NCBI GenBank assembly: GCA_964291495.2
Contig: OZ219871.1
Coordinates: forward strand, 1,344,001 to 1,408,000
DNA: 64,000 bases
Source of the DNA: Dehalococcoidia bacterium
GTDB lineage: Bacteria; Chloroflexota; Dehalococcoidia; UBA2979
Direction: 5' to 3'
Both the position numbers and the translations under genes were made by a program. Under the pieces are notes generated by a model. The model worked only from the letters and a program-made list of their open reading frames with translations, ran no database searches and had not been told where the DNA came from. This document shows, in pieces, positions 62,134 through 64,000 of this stretch. Each line of letters begins with the position of its first letter. The first letter of the stretch is position 1.

Positions 62134-62706
62134 ATGAAGATGGTGCTGCTGGGACTGATCGGCGCCGGCAAGGGCACGCAGGCGAAGCTGGTCGCCGAGC
62201 GCCGCGGCCTGCTCCACGTCTCGACCGGCGACATGCTGCGCGAGGCCGTCGCCCAGGGCACGGCGCTCGGCACGCAGGCCAACGACCACATGTCCCGAGG
62301 CGAGCTGGTCCCGGACGAGCTGGTGATCGGCATGCTGCTGGAGCGAATCGGCCAGCCGGACGCCGCCGCCGGCTTCATCCTCGATGGCTTCCCGCGCACC
62401 GTCGCGCAGGCGGAGGCGCTGCAGACCGCCCTCGAGGCGGCGTCGCAGGGCATCGACATCGTGCCCTTCATTCGCGTGCCGGAGGCGATGCTGCTGGAGC
62501 GCATCGCGAAGCGCGCGGAGATCGAGGGGCGCGTCGACGACGCGCCCGAGGTCGCGCAACGCCGCCTGCGGGAGCAGGCGGAGGGCCTCGAGGGCGTTGC
62601 CGGCTTCTACGGCGAGCACGGCACGCTCTGCGACGTGGACGGCGTCGGGAGCGTGGACGAGGTGTTCGAGCGGCTGGATGCGGAGTTGGAGCGGGTATCC
62701 GCTTGA
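62134..62706 (+). CDS. adk: Adenylate kinase (short-LID type)
   Basis: GAGKGTQA, STGDMLR, GELVPD and LDGFPR. Confidence 0.93.
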   Translation: MKMVLLGLIGAGKGTQAKLVAERRGLLHVSTGDMLREAVAQGTALGTQANDHMSRGELVPDELVIGMLLERIGQPDAAAGFILDGFPRTVAQAEALQTALEAASQGIDIVPFIRVPEAMLLERIAKRAEIEGRVDDAPEVAQRRLREQAEGLEGVAGFYGEHGTLCDVDGVGSVDEVFERLDAELERVSA

Positions 62707-62762
62707 TGGAGCACCGGACCCGGCAGGTACCGGGCCCGGCGGAGAGGGCGTAACATAGATCG

Positions 62763-63584
62763 ATGTCCGTCGTCATCAAGTCGCCGGATGAGATCGCGAT
62801 CATGCGCGAGGCCGGAAGGCTGAACGCGGAGGTGCGCAGGCTCCTCCTTGACGCGATCGCTCCGGGTGTAACGGGCCGTGAGCTGGACGAGCTGGCGAAG
62901 GCGGAGATCGCGCGTCGTGGCGCGACGCCCACCTTCGTCGGCTACGCGCCGGGCGGGCGGCCTCCCTACCCCGGCGCGATCTGCTACTCGGTGAACGCGC
63001 AGCTGGTGCACGGCATACCGGGCGACCTGCCGCTGCGGGAGGGCGATATCGTCAGCATCGACCTGGGAGTGACCTGGCGCGGCTACGTCTCCGATGCGGC
63101 CTTCACGGCCGCCGTCGGCGAGGTGCCGCCGAAGGTGCGGCGATTGCTTGAGCGCACCGAGGCGTCGCTCCATGCCGGGATCGAGCACGCCGTCGCCGGG
63201 AACCGCATCGGCGACGTGTCGAGCGCGATCGGCGCCGTCGGCCACGAGGAGGGCTACGGCATCATTCGCGAGTACGGAGGGCACGGCGTCGGCAGGACCA
63301 TGCACGAGGAGCCGCACATCCCGAACTACGGCCGGCCCGGCGTGGGCCACCAGCTGAAGCCGGGCATGGTGGTGGCCCTGGAGCCGATGTTCAGCCTCGG
63401 GGCTGAGGCCACGGAGGAGGAAGCGGACCGCTGGACCGTGCGCATGCGCGATGGCAGCCTGTGCGCCCACTTCGAGGAGACGATCGCGGTCACCGAAGGT
63501 GCGCCGGAGATCCTCACCAGCATGGGCCGCCTGGACGACGCGCGCGAGGGCGCAGCAGCGGCCACGACAGGGGGCGCCGCCTGA
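62763..63584 (+). CDS. map: Methionine aminopeptidase type I
   Basis: [29 protein letters not shown] and AHFEET. Confidence 0.97.
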   Translation: MSVVIKSPDEIAIMREAGRLNAEVRRLLLDAIAPGVTGRELDELAKAEIARRGATPTFVGYAPGGRPPYPGAICYSVNAQLVHGIPGDLPLREGDIVSIDLGVTWRGYVSDAAFTAAVGEVPPKVRRLLERTEASLHAGIEHAVAGNRIGDVSSAIGAVGHEEGYGIIREYGGHGVGRTMHEEPHIPNYGRPGVGHQLKPGMVVALEPMFSLGAEATEEEADRWTVRMRDGSLCAHFEETIAVTEGAPEILTSMGRLDDAREGAAAATTGGAA

Positions 63585-63850
63585 TGGCGAAGGGACGCCA
63601 GAAGCAGCGGACGCAACGCCAGGCGCAGCAGCGCAAGAAGAAGGAGGTCATCGAGGTCGAGGGCGTCGTGAAGGACGCGCTCCCCAACGCCCAGTTCGAC
63701 GTCGAGCTGGCGAACGGGCACCACGTGCTGGCGCACGTCTCCGGGCGGATGAAGATGCACTACATCCGCATCCTGCTCGGGGACCGCGTGCTCGTGGAGC
63801 TGAGCCCCTACGACCTCACCCGGGGACGGATCACGTACCGCTTCCGCTAG
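63584..63850 (+). CDS. infA: Translation initiation factor IF-1 with basic N-terminal extension
   Basis: IEVEG, LPNAQF, SGRMK..YIRIL.GD.V and [10 protein letters not shown]. Confidence 0.97.
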   Translation: MAKGRQKQRTQRQAQQRKKKEVIEVEGVVKDALPNAQFDVELANGHHVLAHVSGRMKMHYIRILLGDRVLVELSPYDLTRGRITYRFR

Positions 63851-63879
63851 CGCGGCAGCGGCGCCCCGAGGAGCAAACG

Positions 63880-63993
63880 ATGAAGGTACAAGCGTCGATC
63901 AAGAAGCGTTGTGACCGCTGCCAGATCATCCGCAGGCACGGCCGCCTGCGGGTGATCTGCGTGATTCCGCGGCACAAGCAGCGCCAGGGCTAG
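63880..63993 (+). CDS. rpmJ: 50S ribosomal protein L36
   Basis: [14 protein letters not shown]...[12 protein letters not shown]. Confidence 0.97.
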   Translation: MKVQASIKKRCDRCQIIRRHGRLRVICVIPRHKQRQG

Positions 63994-64000
63994 GAGGACG

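Overview
A 64-kb, very GC-rich bacterial chromosomal segment, almost entirely + strand housekeeping genes. Several traits point to Chloroflexota (probably a Dehalococcoidia/SAR202/Tepidiforma-like lineage): S12 with the long N-terminal insert, a dnaB-dnaD-tandem-DnaC cluster, split b6-type cytochrome b, GAAC-N4-GTTC-type boxes and Zn-type r-proteins. This assignment is inference, not a database result. Contents in order: (1) a ubiquitin-like sulfur-carrier cluster (cysK, Ubl-E1 fusion, free Ubl, cysM, rhodanese, an unknown Cys-tailed protein, JAB peptidase) running into folP/folK; (2) a Trm112/phosphatase operon and a methyltransferase; (3) purF-purM-purH; (4) a b6f/bc-type Rieske-cytochrome b complex with an unannotated 35-aa membrane peptide and a diheme cytochrome c, followed by two unannotated desulforedoxin-like microproteins; (5) a DUF433/PIN toxin-antitoxin pair; (6) rpsU-yqeY-7TM-HD; (7) purQ-2xDUF4389-purL; (8) a LexA-box-containing promoter ahead of rplI-dnaB-dnaD-dnaC; (9) a moaD-moaE fusion, comF, pfkB and glyA; (10) rpsF-ssb-rpsR; (11) hom, a coiled-coil gene, thrC, folE and an mshA-like/PIG-L pair; (12) the contiguous str-S10-spc ribosomal supercluster through rpmJ. 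No rRNA, tRNA, CRISPR array or transposase was found. The best leads are the Ubl/JAB sulfur-relay system with two GG-fusion precursors and an uncharacterised member, the widespread acidic repeat tails and RG-rich heads on ribosomal proteins, and three microproteins missed by the ORF track.
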